Shown here piece after piece: positions 24,830-38,950 of a stretch of DNA of 64,000 nucleotides. Origin of the DNA: Octopus bimaculoides (lineage: Eukaryota). Numbering within the stretch: the first letter of the stretch is position 1; every line of letters starts with the position of its first letter. Location of the stretch: the NCBI RefSeq assembly GCF_001194135.2, contig NC_068981.1, positions 193,027,805 to 193,091,804 on the forward strand. The letters run 5' to 3'. Both the position numbers and the translations under genes were made by a program. The notes beneath the pieces were generated by a model that was not told the origin of the DNA, searched no databases, and saw only the letters and a list, made by a program, of their open reading frames with translations.

Positions 24830-26400
24830 TATCTGGACATATTGTCAGTGTCATATCCTGGAGTCAATGAATGTTTTGAGTCTTACAACATTTTCCCTCA
24901 TCCAGGTGACCTGGTCTAGGTTGATCAACTCTGGTCCTCTGTCCGAGTGGCATTCTACTGATTCCACTGGTCATCTCTTTTCAGCCCAAACTATCTCAAT
25001 GCTTTATCTACAGTATTACTATTGTTATTGATGGCTCTTTCATTTATTCCTGTAATGCACTGAGTTCCACAGGCTTTCTTAAGAGCAGAGATCTGTGAAT
25101 CCTTAACTGCTCGTTTTCATTAGTAGTCACCTTGTCTTCTACTTGTTACTGCAATAGTCCTCCACCAACTCCTGGTTTTGTGTTCTCTTCCCTTCTTCTG
25201 TGTCTTCGATTCTCCCCTCCAAGGACATAGTTAACTGCAGTAAGATGAGCTGTCTTGTTGCCTCATAAGCTGAGGTAACGTGTCTGGTTTCAATGAGAAT
25301 TAAGTGATACGTGACAGGAATCTCAACACTTCTTTAGGTTAACTCTTATCATCCAGTCATATACTGTGGAAAGCAAACCGTTGAAGCAGTTCTTGGACTG
25401 TTTTTTTTTCAGCTGCTCTCTTTCTCTCTCTCTCTCTCTCCTTAAAGATAATTTTCCTGGTTTTTTATTATCAGTGACGGCCTTAAGGGTCTGGTCATGC
25501 TTCCAGTGATAGCTTCTTTACCCCAGTGTCTTGTGGAGCAGCTGCTAAGGATGGATTCACCCCCACCATCTTAAAATACCGAGCATTCACACTGTACTCC
25601 ATTTAAATAGGTTGGATGGGCTGAGATGGATGTTTAGACCCTACTGAATCAAGAACTTCATCTTCTCTAGGTATCACTTTGCTGCAAGTTGATATTCCAC
25701 TCCATTGCCTCTTCTGACTTCATTTAAACACTTTGTTTTTTGCATTGCTACTGCTCTACTTGTTTGTTCTTCCTCCACTAAAGTTCATACCACTTCTTGC
25801 ACCAGCTTCTGCCTATCTTTCTTGCTGTCTATGTCATTGCAGGTCATTATTAATCTTTCAAATCCAGCTCTGCCTTGTGCCACACTCTCAAGAAGAGCCT
25901 GGTATTTCAGCCACATTACTGTCTACTGGATTGCTTAAGCTGCCTTCCATTTCTTCAATGTCCTCACTATAATCCCTGTACTGGACATTTTGGAGCTGCT
26001 CTCATACCTGTGTCATCACAAATTCTTCTCTGTCAGAACAAACAAAAACCTGAGCTTGTTATTGCTCCTCATACACTCCTCTCCACACACTTTCTGCAAC
26101 ATTGCATAGGCCTCTGAGCAGGTATCGCCATGACAACTTTCTCTGTCATGGTCAGTTCGATGATCACTTGTTACACACCTTCCTACCAAGCTGTGCTGTA
26201 AACAGTGGAAGTGAGCTAGAACGTTAAAACTTAGTGCACATGTACATGCACAGCAGAGTTCAAGGTCAATTTTTGCCAAGCAGCTTCACACTGTGTGCTT
26301 CATTACTATGACAACAGTCCAGATACTAATTGATCAGACTGCGTACATGCAAATATATCCTGTTGATGCTGTTGAAATCTCAATGAAGGAACCTTGGATC
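24830..26400 (-). mobile_element. HERO-like RLE non-LTR retrotransposon, decayed 3' ~1.6 kb
   Basis: Frameshifted motifs in order: KWKAA.AIQ, VAQGRAG, EEEQTSRAVAM, KFLIQ..SPSNLFKW, ILSSCS..YHWKHDQTLKA, GLLST..DW, RAINN..DKALR..KRDDQW, then 3' UTR. Confidence 0.75.
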
Positions 26401-26654
26401 TTGGTTAAAAACCGATTCTTATTCTATTGGCAAGAAATCTTGAAATATAACTAAATAATGACATACATATATACATACATACATGTATGTATGTATGTAT
26501 GTATGTATGTATGTATGTATGTATGTATGTATGTATGTATGTATGTATGTATGTATGCATGAATGTATGTATGCATATACGTATACATGCATGAGTAGAA
26601 GCGAGGGTGAGGGAGAGAGTGAGCAGGTGAGAGTGAGAAGCAGACAGACATAAA

Positions 26655-27001
26655 TAGATAGATCGGAGACCCTCCTCGGTCACGAATGACCATGGGATTG
26701 CACCTAGAAAGTTACCCTTCCAGGCACAAGCCTGGGCAAGGTTGTTTATGGAAGACCAGCAGTTGCCCATGCATACCAGCCTCCCCTCCCCATGTCACCA
26801 GTGTTATTCAAAGGAAAGGCAAAGGGGCTGATACCGATTGGCACCAGTGATGTCGCAACTCATTTCTACAGCTGAGTGAACTGAAGCAATGTGAAATAAA
26901 GTGTCTTGCTCAAGAACACAACATGCAACCTGGTCCGGGTTTTGAACTCACAACCTCACGATCGTAAGATCGACGCTCTAACCACTGAGCCATGCACCTT
27001 C
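26655..27001 (-). mobile_element. tRNA-derived CORE-like SINE, type B
   Basis: Reverse complement of the 30915-31258 copy. Confidence 0.88.
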
Positions 27002-27128
27002 ACATATAGATAGATAGATACATATATATATACATACACATATATCTATCTGTCTATCTATCTATCTATTTATCACATATATATCATATATATATATATG
27101 TGTATGTATACACACACACACACACATA

Positions 27129-27166
<38 letters not shown>

Positions 27167-27169
<3 letters not shown>

Positions 27170-27305
27170 TAGCGTAGCTAGAGTGTGTGCCACTCAGCTT
27201 CAATTTGCTGCCCTCAGGCCCCACAAAAAACACATTTGCCTACAGCAGACCCAAAAGTGCTGCTGGGGAGGACCACCCCTATAGCCCCCACCATCTATGC
27301 TAGTG
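27167..27305. mobile_element. Small MITE-like element
   Basis: Imperfect TIRs cactagcgtagctag / ccatctatgctagtg around a GC-richer core; no clear TSD. Confidence 0.35.
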
Positions 27306-29416
27306 CGTGTGTGTATGCGTGTGCGCGTGCGAGTATATATATATATATATATATAAATGCCTGAACTTTTACGTGTTCACATATAGAAAGTAAAAGGAAT
27401 GTTGCCATATGTTATGTAATTGCACGTATTTGACTCTAAACATTAGAGAGATTATCAGTCACGTGTTGTGATGTTATCTTCAAACAATGGATGTACTTTT
27501 GCATTACAGCAGCCTTTCTGAAGGTATCAGAAATACCTGTTCTATATCTACTATTAATGTCGGTCATACAATCGTCTGGCATTGCTGGATACTACTATAA
27601 TATTCATATGACATTTTATTGACAGTCATATTGGAGTTCCACTCATTTTTAACAAACTGTGATTACTACTAATTCTGTAGCCAGATACCATTTGAAATAA
27701 ACAAGATGAATTTTGGCAGATAAGAGAAAGTTTATATCTAATTTTGTCTTGTAATGCCATGAATGAGAGAAAGAATAAGTTGGGTCAATTATGTACTCAC
27801 TTACTGAGAATCAAAGCTGTGAAAATCATTAAAAAATCATTTATAACAAATTTTCCTTTCACCTAACGGAATCAATGAGCTTGGTAGTTTTGTTAGTCTC
27901 TAAACTTTGGAATATACAATATAAACTGAGAACCTGGTGTGGATGGAAAACGGGTAAAGTATAATAAATAGATTAATTGACTGAGAACCAGAATTGGCCG
28001 AGCCAAGGTGACTTTCAACAAATAGTGTACAACTCCTGTCATGACATCAAATGTTATTGCGGAACAGAATCACAAACTGCTTGTTGAGGTACCCTCTAAT
28101 GCAAGGACCATACGTTTGTGTTGATTTTGCAATGTACAATGAAGATGGAGAGAGATGTGCTCAGCTTTGGCTGAACAAAAGTTAGCTGGATGTAAAGTGG
28201 TTTTCAAGAGGTCACCACAGCAAACATAGCAAAACACCCAAGTATGTTCAAATCCTGTAGAGACCAGATATGTCTTTCATAAATACAGGATTGATACTAC
28301 ACACACGTATGTGTACATACATACATACATACACACATACATACATACATACATATATGTGTGTGTGCATGTGCTTGCGCATGTGTATATGTATGTGTGT
28401 ATGTGTGCATGTGCCATGAGTGCTACTGGTAACATGGAGTCCAGTACAACCTGTTGCGTGGTCAGATCATAGGTGACTAAACCAGCACTCCACTCATTTA
28501 TTTATTTTTCCTAAAGCGAAAATTGTAGGAAAAATTTTAGGAAAGATAAATAAGTAAATGAGTAGAAACTATACCGGTGAGTGCGTTAAATAATAAGGCA
28601 CTAAAAGAGAATGACTCTCTCCAGACACAACAAAATATGCTTCAACGCACGAACTCACATTAAAGAATCTTGCAAACCAAATCCAAAAACGAAGTGTAAA
28701 TGTGCTATACATAATTATATGTAATTAGAGTTACTTCCCTTGGTATAGAAATAGGAAAGAGTTATTTCCCTTGCATTGCTTTACTCCCAATTCTGTGTAA
28801 TTCTATGTACACTAGTGATGGTGTATAATGACAACAGTAAGACAACAAATGAAGTCATACAGGTGTTTGTTAAGATCAGCATTTACTCTGACAACACTAA
28901 CTACAACAACATGTAAACTAAACAAATCAATAGACCGAAAGTCTTGAGATAGGAAAAACAATCTGAGCCAATTCAAATCCCATCCATGGACTTGTTTCAT
29001 TGATTACCTTTAATGTACTTTTGCTATTTATAATATCACTTTATGTTCGGAATCTTTGTTGTTAATTCATTCATGATACTAAAATATATTGACATGCTTA
29101 AAACATATTTAACTTAACAGAGTTTTCAACATAGTTTACTTATAAAGCTGCTATTTTCTTGGTATAATAGCTGGGTTCAATTGAAATCAGTTTTGCAGTT
29201 AGGATAGTAGATTAAATCCCTAATTAGGTTTAGCCTCTCAATCTAACCATCTTAGGTGCCTTTAACAAAGTCCATTGTGTTGCAAGCATTCAGACCAGGT
29301 CTCTCTGGTTTGGGAATCACTTCCTCCTTCCATTCCACCAATCTCAAAAGCCCTTGATAAAAGGTCCGTCTTCCCTGGCACTACCTTTCTTCCTCCTATA
29401 AGTAAGTCATATAATA

Positions 29417-29850
29417 GGTGCAGGCGTGGCTGTGTGGTAAGAACCTTGTTTCCCAATCACATGGTTCTATGTTCAGTCCCACTGCATGACATGTTGGGCA
29501 AGTATTTTCTATTCTAACCATGGGCTGACCAAAGCCTTATGAGTGGGTTTGGTAGATGAAACTGAAACATATCCATATATATATATATATATTTGTATGT
29601 ACATATATATAAATANNNNNNNNNNNNNNNNNNNNNNNNNNNNNNNNNNNNNNNNNNNNNNNNNNNNNNNNNNNNNNNNNNNNNNNNNNNNNNNNNNNNN
29701 NNNNNNNNNNNNNNNNNNNNGTGTTCGTGTGTCTACATCCTTGTAGCTTAGTAGTTTGGCAAAAGAGACTAGCAAAATAAGTACCAGGCTGAGAAAAAAA
29801 AAAAAACCCAAAAAACCAGAGATTAAGCACTGGAGTCAATTCATTTAGTT
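29417..29850 (+). mobile_element. SINE type A with internal microsatellite and gap
   Basis: Same head, body and position of the (TA)n as at 3575 and 19722. Confidence 0.85.
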
Positions 29851-30367
29851 GTTATCTCTAACAAATCCACTAACCACATAGAAGCTTTTAATTGGCTCGT
29901 TAATGAGGAAGGATTCAATAAAAGCAACTACTTACTGTTGATACAAAATGTGTCTCTTTAAACTTTATCCAACTTTAGATGTGTCTGCCTGAAAGGGATG
30001 GAAACACAATCGGTTAACATGTATCTGATAAATATCATGGCAAAGTTTACTCATAATCATCATCATAAAGCTTATTCACAATTATTCATAATAAAATTAG
30101 GAGAAATGCAGAAAGATATGAAGTGGATACACACTGACTTCACAACCAAGAATCAAAACTTCATTCTTCATGCCTCTGTCCATTGTTTTTGGAATCTACA
30201 GTCAGTATTTGTTTGTGCCACCTGTCATCACCATATCAGGTGAAACAGTTCAATTTAAGTAGGTGATTCAACTTCCCAGGTTATTGATCTAGCTTAGCTT
30301 TAGGAGAGCTATAAGTATGAGACATCTGTAGAGAAATACGTTTTCCCTGAGTGATTTCAGAGAGGTA

Positions 30368-30408
<41 letters not shown>

Positions 30409-30589
30409 TTTGTTGAAATGTCNNNNNNNNNNAGTTAAAATGGTGATTCCCTTTCCATCCACAATTTTCAGAGTTAATTTCTTTTACTCTCTCCTTTATT
30501 GTTTGCCACTTGCAGACAACAAACTTGTCACCAATGGTAAACCTTACACGAGCTTTATATCATTAATGTTTTTTCCTTCCACACAACTT

Positions 30590-30805
30590 AGTATTCGAAT
30601 GGTGCTTTTTACATATCATTGGTACTGGGAGCCAGTCAGGTTGGCACTGGCAATGACCCACGCATGAATGGTGCTTATTGCATGCCACCAGCATGGAAGC
30701 CAGTCAGGCGACACTGGCATCGGCCACAACTACAATTTCCATTTGATTGTGGTTTAATTTGATTTTGATTTTGATTTACTTGACTCAATAGGTCTCCTCA
30801 AGCAC
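30590..30805 (-). mobile_element. RTE 3' UTR fragment (long variant)
   Basis: Reverse complement of 6530-6700, including the (AAATC)n segment and two modules. Confidence 0.8.
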
Positions 30806-30814
30806 ATATATATA

Positions 30815-30891
<77 letters not shown>

Positions 30892-30914
30892 TTATATATC
30901 TATCACATATATGT

Positions 30915-31258
30915 GGAGGTGCATGGCTCAGTGGTTAGAGCGTCGAGCTTACGATCGTGAGGCTGTGAGTTTGATTCCTGGACCAGGCTGCATGTTGTGT
31001 TCTTGAGCAAGACACTTTATTTCACATTGCTCCAGTTCACTCAGCCATAGAAATGAGTTGCGACGTCACTGGTGCCAAGCTGTATCGGCCCCTTTGCTTT
31101 TCCCCTGGATAACATCAGTGGTGTGGAGAGGGGAGGCTGGTATGCAAGGGCGACTACTGGTCTTCCATAAACAACTTTGCCTGGACTTGTGCCTTGGAGG
31201 GTAACTTTCTAGGTGTAATCCCATGGTCCCATGGTTATTCATGACCAAAGGGGGTCAC
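30915..31258 (+). mobile_element. SINE type B, full length
   Basis: A box TGGCTCAGTGG 30924-30934, B box GTTTGATTCC 30969-30978, CORE-like cttgagcaagacactttatttcac..cagccatagaaatgag. Resemblance to the described octopus OR-type SINEs is inference. Confidence 0.88.
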
Positions 31259-31299
31259 CCATATATAGATATATGTATGTATATATATATATATCAGGT

Positions 31300-31700
31300 A
31301 TTGAAGCCATCCTCATCAAAATGCAGCTTAGATGGTCAGGTCACCTCTCACATAGGAATGATATCAGAATTGTGAAGTAACTTCTCTTTGGCCAATTTCC
31401 AACAGGAAGGTCAGGCAGAAGGTCACTCTTTCATTTCAAAGACAATCTGAAGTAATGCAACATTCCCATTTCATCCTGGAAAGACTAGGCATCAGAATGA
31501 AGTCTTGTTTCTCCTCAATTCAAAGATCTTAGTAGATTCAACTCCAACATCGCGACCAACTTCATGCAATCATGAAGTAATGCTGCCAAAATGCTGCTCC
31601 TCTAAATGAAAACCTTACCTGTCATTGTGGTTTTCTGGCAGGGAGTCTTACCATCCACTCAAGGAAACACATAGTAAATGATCCACAAGCACTTGAACAA
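31300..31700 (+). mobile_element. Decayed RTE-BovB-like LINE 3' fragment
   Basis: EAILIKMQLRWSGHLS..LLFGQFPTGR..FKDNLK..CNIP. Confidence 0.65.
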
Positions 31701-32984
31701 ACTGAGTTCCCAACTTGTTCCATTAACCAAAAGGTTTGCAAGGCACCAGCAGGCTTCAAGAGACATATTCATGTCATAGAACATGATTACTGCTGTATTT
31801 TACTGAACTGTCATTTGTCATTCATGATGAGAGAATCCATCATCATATATATATGTATATGTATAAGCATCTCTCATATTGTGGAAATGTAATATTCTTG
31901 AAAATTAAGCCACAACATGAGATTCTGTAGTCACTATAAAACTGATAGGAACACAATGTTTCTCTAATGTGTGGGTTGGCTATAGCTATATTATATGTGT
32001 TGTATTATAGCTGTGAACATTGATTATAGCTGTAAATATTGATTGAAACTATTACCATTTGGTGGAAAATTTTAACATGCATCTAAACTTTTATGTGAAT
32101 CAATTATGTTCAATTGATTAAAACCAAGTAAAACTTCAAAGTCAAACAGATTAATGGGTATCTCTTTAGAGAGGAATTTTATAAAAGTTATATAAAATAG
32201 TTGATGATGTTACCTAATATTCACCTAAATTCCTCAGGTTTTGGCATCAATCATTAATTGGATCTGGCTGATAGATTAACAGAGGAAAATATAAAAGAAG
32301 GTAATCAGGATGATAATGCCAAGTCTTCAACAAATGCTATATTTCCAGATGAAATCATTCTTTGTAAATTAAGAATTTCGTAGTCTTTTAGCATGGAACT
32401 GAAATTCTCATTATGAGATGTCTGCAAAACAAATACTGGAATTCTTCAACAATCAAAGATAGTAGACTGACTTAGATGAAGGAATTATAAAAGTTCTTGG
32501 AATTAAATGATTTAATAGTGAGAACATATTGGTGATTGTTATTTTAATTATTTTGTTATTATAATCGTTGTTTCATCTCATAGGGGCTCCCATACTGAAA
32601 ATACAGATTTTTGTGTCAGATCACAAAAATCATATTTTAGTTTTGAAATAAGTAGATTCCATTCACACTTTTTGGGGGGAACAAAAAAGGCCCGCAAAAC
32701 AAAGATGTGTCTTTAAATAGAATCTTACTTGTCTGAGATATTTTGCCTGAGTGAACCTAATGGATCTCACAATGAGCAATTAGATAATATTAGAATGGAA
32801 GGATTAAGAATTAATAGTTTTGCTCATGAATACATAACAATCCTATTGACAGATTACAGTTGAGATATTAGTGTACAATAGATACAAGCATATCTTTATT
32901 CAGGAATACCTCAGTTACAACAGCTAATGTGGTTAATGCATGCATCTGCAGCTAATACCTGTTGATATTTACTGCATGAGTAAG

Positions 32985-33200
32985 GCAATGAGCTGGCTGA
33001 ATCATTAGCACACAGAACTAAATTCTTGGCAGTATTTTGTCTGTTTTAACATTCCAAGTTCAGTTTCTGCCGAGGTCAGTTTTGCTTTTTATCCTTTTGG
33101 GGTCAATTAAATAACTACCAGTGGAACACTGAGATCGATGTAATCAACCTATACCCTCCCTTGAAATTACTGACCTTGTGCCAAAATTTGAAATTGATAT
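32985..33200 (+). mobile_element. SINE type C
   Basis: gagctggctgaatcattagcac head and ttttatccttttggggtcaattaaat core. Confidence 0.75.
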
Positions 33201-33599
33201 TTACTGCAAGAGCATCACAGAATTTAAAACTGCAGTGTTCAAATATATAAATATCTTTTATCTTTTACTTGTTTCATTCATAGGATTGTGGCCATGCTGG
33301 AGCACCACCTTGAAGGGTTTAGTAGAACAAATTGACCTCAGTACTTATTTTTAATACTATTCTATCGGTTACTTTGGTTAAATCACTAAGCTATAGAGAT
33401 GTAAACAAACCAACATCCATCCATTCATCCATCATCATCATCATTTATCACCACCATCATCATCATCATCAGGAACTAGTAAACTAGAGAACTGCACCAA
33501 GCTCCACTGTCTGTTTTGGCATGGATTTTACAGCTGGATGCCCTTCCTAGCACCAACCACTTTACAAAGTGAACCCACTGATAGGCTTCCACACAATTT

Positions 33600-34080
33600 C
33601 TATCTACCAAATTAGGGACTTGCTTCTGAACCTGGTTGAGGAGATCTAAGTAACAAGATGGTGCATCTTCCCCCAAATATGACAACAACATTCCATACAA
33701 GGATGAATTGTGGGCTTGTTATGATACAAAATGGTTTTGGATGTGAGGTAGTCCTTTGACCTATACAATCTTATAGGAAGCAGACAAACCAATCGATTAA
33801 GAACCCCAAGAAAGATCAGGTAAGAAAGTAAGACCAAGCACTTTGAAAGAAGACCTTTCACCAAATGGTTTGACTGTCTCACCATGTCATACTTCAGACC
33901 TATAGAGGAACATAAGGCTCCTACTTCCTACTGAAAGACACAAATTCGTCTTGCCTTGGTTGAAATAGCTAGTCTCTGATCTTCGAATAGGGAGTCACAT
34001 CGGACTGTAAAATCCCACAGTATCTTATGTTCCTTGTTCTCGGTGACTCCTGATTCATGTTCATATCATTTCCGTGCCCT
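33600..34080 (-). mobile_element. CR1-group LINE reverse transcriptase fragment
   Basis: KVLGLTFLPDLSW..LYRSKDYLT..LYHNKPTIHPCMECCCHIWG..LDLLNQVQK. Confidence 0.7.
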
Positions 34081-34149
34081 GTTTAGGCTGTACTTTCCAC
34101 ATAGCCTCCAGTGGACATGGATTTTCAGGTGGGGCCCAGCTAGAATTTT

Positions 34150-34568
34150 CTTCAGGTTTTGTTCAAGCTTCTGGAGTCTTGCATGCATAGCGGGATTATT
34201 ACCTGCAGCTTACAGTACCATGCTATCCATTCTTTTCAGCTATTTGATACTTTCCTGATTATTCTGGCCATGCCATGGAGGCAAACCTTTTGTAACAGTT
34301 CTACAGGGCACTCTATTCCAATTTCCTCTATATTCCCCTCGATGACTTCTGATATTGTTCCCAGGGACCCAACAATAATAGGCATTATCTTCACCTTCAT
34401 TTTCCATTGCCAGGCTATTTCGTACTTAAGAGGGTTGTAGTTATTTATCTTTTTGCTTTCCTTCTTGACTATTTGTGGGTCAAAGGAGCCTGCAACATCA
34501 ACTATAAAGCATATGTGGTGCATCTTGTCAACCATCAATAGGTCCGGTCTGTTACAATTTAGCACCTG
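34150..34568 (-). mobile_element. 5'-truncated R4/Dong-like RLE element
   Basis: NRPDLLMVDK..IVDVA..KINNYNPLKYEI..PIIVGSLG..LLQKVCLHGMARIIRKV; degenerate (AAT)n abuts its 5' end. Confidence 0.85.
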
Positions 34569-36309
34569 ACTATTATTATTATTACTCTTATAATTATTAT
34601 TAGTACAAAATCCCTCACAAGATGGGCTGATTTTGATTTCAACTTTGATTGTACATGCACTGAATGAGTGCTGAAATGAGGATAAACAACAACAGAAGCA
34701 GTAGTATCAATAAGAGCAACAACAACAACAACAACATATCTAAATGCGTGGCTTTCGTCAGCATATAGTTTATTTAAGATGTTAAGAAAAATATATATGA
34801 AGAATTATTTTGTGGTTGGGAAGCTAAAGCTAGGATTACAGACCCTTCTCATCTTTCTACTCCATAAACTGTTTTGTTTATCAAAAACACTCCAGCATAT
34901 TTATATTGTTGTCATCACTTTAAGGCATTTGGGCGGACATTTTGTATAGTTCTCAGAAAAGAATCACATTTGTCTTAGGTATCAGTTTTGACACCTGATT
35001 GGAACCATTCCAATTTATTTACACTGTTAATGGATTTCTGGAAGGCATGAACATCACACATTTATTTTTTTCTTGCCATTATAAATTTATGGTTGGTCTT
35101 GATGTTTAGTTCCTAGATCTTAACCCTGACCTGGCAGGTCTTATAGACCTGCTAGGTCAAAGGCACATTCCAGCCTTGACCATATCTTCTGGAGGGAATC
35201 TTGAAATCATTATGTATTATGTACTTTCTATATTTAAGGATTCTAAAATGTGAAGTGAGGAAGATTTGGCTAACATTTCTAGTGGGTTGGACAACCATGC
35301 AGATGTATCCATGTTGTGGCATTTTGCCCTTATATATATTCCAGTTTTTAAATTAATATTTTGTATTGTATTGTCATAGGCATGGCAGTATGGTTACAAA
35401 GCTTGCTTCCCAACCATTCAGTCTCAGGTTCAGTCCTATTGCACTTCACCTTGAGCAAGTGTTTTCTAAGATATCCTTAGACTGACTGAAGCCTACTGTT
35501 TGAAAATAGATGAGGAATGACAACAGGAAGGGCATTCACTGTAGAAAATCTGCCTAAAAAATGCTATCTGACTCATGCAAGCATGGAAATGTGGATGTTA
35601 AATGATGATGAAGATGATGGTTTTTGTATTGATATTTGGTCTTTTTATTATAGTGTTTTCATAGAAATTCTGGAAATATAATGTTGCTATGTTGCATTAT
35701 AACTTATATTAGCATTACATCTGTATAAAATGCAGTAGAAATGGCATAGAAATTAGAGAAACTAACTGAATCTCTACTTATTAATAGTGTGTATAAATGT
35801 TGACTGGCTGGTTTATTTTTTCAAGCATACATGATATGATATTGTGGGAGAGTGGGAGAGAACAGAAGACAGATACAGAGAGTTAACCTAAGAGGTACAG
35901 AATGAGTGCACATCCTAGGCTTAATGGCAGACAATGAGTAAAAGAATTCTACTGCATACACACATAGAGTGAGAGACAGACAGAAGGGTTGTAGAAATTA
36001 AGGAGAAGAGGAGAGGGAGGAGGAAGAGAAATGAGTAAATGACAAAGTAATAACTAAAAGAGTTATACAAATGAGAAATTTGTTCATTTAATTTATTTTA
36101 AAGTAACAAGTATTTTTCTTTGAAAATTAATATTTATTTCATCATTTTGTATAAGTACCAAGAAATTTGATAAAAGTTGAATTAATATTATTGTATGTTT
36201 GCTATATTTCCTGATACTATCCCATGGTGTCAAAACTCTATTTCCAAAGTTACCCATCATATGACATGTAACACTAGTATTCTATGGTACATTTTTTTTA
36301 ATGTTAGAT

Positions 36310-36600
36310 CATCATCATCATCATCGTTTAATATCTGTTTTCCATGCTGGCATGGGTTGGATGGTTTGACTGAAGCCTGGAGAGCTAGTGGCTGCACCAA
36401 GCTCCAATCTGATCTGGCAATGTTTCTACAGCTGGATGCCCTTCCTAACGCCAACCAATCCGAGAGTGTAGTGGGTACTTTTTACGTGACACCAGCACAG
36501 GAGCCAGTCAGGTAGGCCTGGCATCGGTCATGTTTGGATAGTGCTTTTTACATGCCACTGGCATGGGCGCCAGTCTTGGGGTACTGGCATTGGCCATTTA
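36310..36600 (-). mobile_element. RTE 3' UTR
   Basis: (CAT)n end, canonical body, two modules. Confidence 0.85.
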
Positions 36601-37059
36601 GGGGTACTGGCATAGGTAATTATCTTAAATTAAAATATACACTTGAAAGAACTTTACATTAAAATACTAGTGTGTATAACAATTTAGAATGTGTATACAA
36701 ACAGAAAAACACTAGCTGTAACATCTTATCTCAGAGAAACTTGTCTAAGAGAATTACATTAAAAACACATGACCTTGTTCAGATTAATTCTACCAAATAA
36801 TTACCCTTCTACTATAGGCACAAACCTGAAGTTTTGGGGCAGAGAGTTAATCAATTACATCAGTCCCAGTACCCAACTGGTGCTTATTTCATGGACCTTG
36901 AAAGGACGAAAGGTAAAGTTGACCTCAGTGGAATTTGGACCCACATGGATGAAATATTGCTAAGCATCTTGTCCACATGCTAACAATTCTGCCATCTGAC
37001 AGCCTTAATAATAACAATCCTTTCTACAACAACAATGAGGATGACGACAACAACAACAA

Positions 37060-38420
37060 CATGGAATTTGGCCTTGACAAGTGTGCAAAAGCTTCATTCA
37101 AATGTGGTAAACTTACAGCTAATACCATGACCAACCTTGATCATGATACATCTATCAAGGACCTGGATCAAGAAGGCTTTTATAAGTATCTTGAGGTACA
37201 TGAATGGAAAGGGATTCAGCATGGATCAGTGAAAGAGAAGATCAGGAAAGATTATTATTGATGTGTCAGAATGGTTCTAAATGCTGAGCTGAACTCTCAG
37301 AATAGAATTGCAGCTATAAACTCCCTGGTAGTACCAGCTGTTCAGTATAGCCTTAATGTCATCAACTGGAATCTGAGTGAAATCTAGCATATGGACATAA
37401 AGACCAGGAAACTGCTTGTACTAAACAAGATGCACCACCTAAAATCAGACATCTAGAGCCCTAATCCAACTTGAAAGTCCTATAAAACAACAACAATAGG
37501 ACTCCAAATGTACATCCAGAGTAACACCAACTGGATGGTACAGCTGGTAAGGCAACATGAGCAAATTAAGAAATTAGACTCAATCTCAATGGAAGCATAT
37601 AAATACAAACAAGAGCTTAACCTGTCTGATTGTGATGATGATAAGGAGGGCACACCACCCACTAAAGCAGCAAAAATGTGTAAAACAAAAGCCGAACAGG
37701 AAAGCTTGAAGGTAATATCGAGACTGTGGAAAGAAAAACCATTGCATGGGCAATACCCCAAATGAGCTGGGGAAGCTGATGTAGATAATGAGAAGAACAC
37801 ATCAGTGACTGCAGAGTGCTGGTTTGAAAGATGAAACAAGGATTTATCCTAGTGGCACAAGATCAGAGCCTCCTCACCTAGAACTATCAAGCTAATGCCA
37901 CACACAATAGGGTAGACACAAAGTATAGACTCTGCAATGACAAACTTGAGAGTGTAGACTGTGTTGTTGCTGGTTGCTCAGTCCTTGTTTCTACAGAATA
38001 TAAAACCAGGCATAATCAAGTTGGCCAATACTTGCACTAGAACATATGCTGTCACTGTGAAACCCCACACCTTAAGAACTGGTATGAATACCATCCAGAG
38101 GTAGTCACTGAGGGAAAGAATGTTACTATCCTATGGGATTATGGGATACATATAGACAGGCAAATAAATGATAATAGAACAGACATCATCAAAGACCTAA
38201 GACAAAAAAAAAACATGCCTGTTAATTGAAATGACAGTGCCTAGTAATAGAAACATCTCAGCAAGGGAATTTCAAAAATTGTTGAAATATAAAGAACCTT
38301 GAGATTGAGATATCTAGGACATGGCAACTGAAAGCCAACACCACCTCTGTTGTTGGAGGTGCCCTGGGAATGATCAAGAAAGGTAGTGACAAATTTTTTG
38401 TCCAGATCACTGGGAAACCG
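37060..38420 (+). mobile_element. R4/Dong-like RLE retrotransposon, decayed RT end, zinc knuckle and endonuclease
   Basis: MEFGLDKCAK..YKYL..NRIAAINSLVVPAVQYS..KPLHGQY..AQDQSL..RLCNDKLESVDCVVAGCS..RHNQV..VTILWDY..NRTDII..VVGGALG. Ends abruptly at (AAT)n. Confidence 0.9.

Positions 38421-38498
<78 letters not shown>
38421..38498. repeat. (AAT)n microsatellite, ~26 units
   Basis: Read directly; separates two RLE elements. Confidence 0.98.
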
Positions 38499-38501
<3 letters not shown>

Positions 38502-38910
38502 GACTGGATATAGTTGTCAGAGATCACCGAGAAAAATTGTTTTCTAATTGACATAACCATCCCTACAGATAACAATGTATCTCTAAGAGAAACAGAAATC
38601 TTTGAAATACAAATATCTGGAAATATAAATAGCCTGAATGTAGAACCTAAAAACAAAACAATTCCTATAATAATAGGTGCATTAGGTATGATTAAAAACT
38701 TACAGGCAAATACACAACCAAAACACAAGGACTTATGAATATATATGACATACAGAAAATAGCACAACTAGTCACCGAACACATCCTACATAAAGCACTT
38801 TTAATACAGTGAAAATAACAACACCGAAACAAACCACAGCGCATACCCAAGGCACACAGAGCTGTGCTCAGCAGTGCATTGAAAGCATGTGATAAAAATA
38901 AGCCTACTGA
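38499..38910 (+). mobile_element. 5'-truncated RLE element (older copy)
   Basis: DIVVRDH..CFLIDITIPTDNNVSLRE..IPIIIGALG (frameshifted); 3' UTR ends ctactga|ataataat. Confidence 0.88.
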
Positions 38911-38950
38911 ATAATAATAATAATAATGATAATGATAATAATAATAATAA

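Noticed and set aside
30915-30990. tRNA-like sequence with A and B boxes
   Set aside because: It is a SINE head continuing into a CORE-like body; no complete acceptor stem.
32250-32520. Possible BEL/Pao remnant (..IKVLGIK*)
   Set aside because: A single short motif; too decayed to support.
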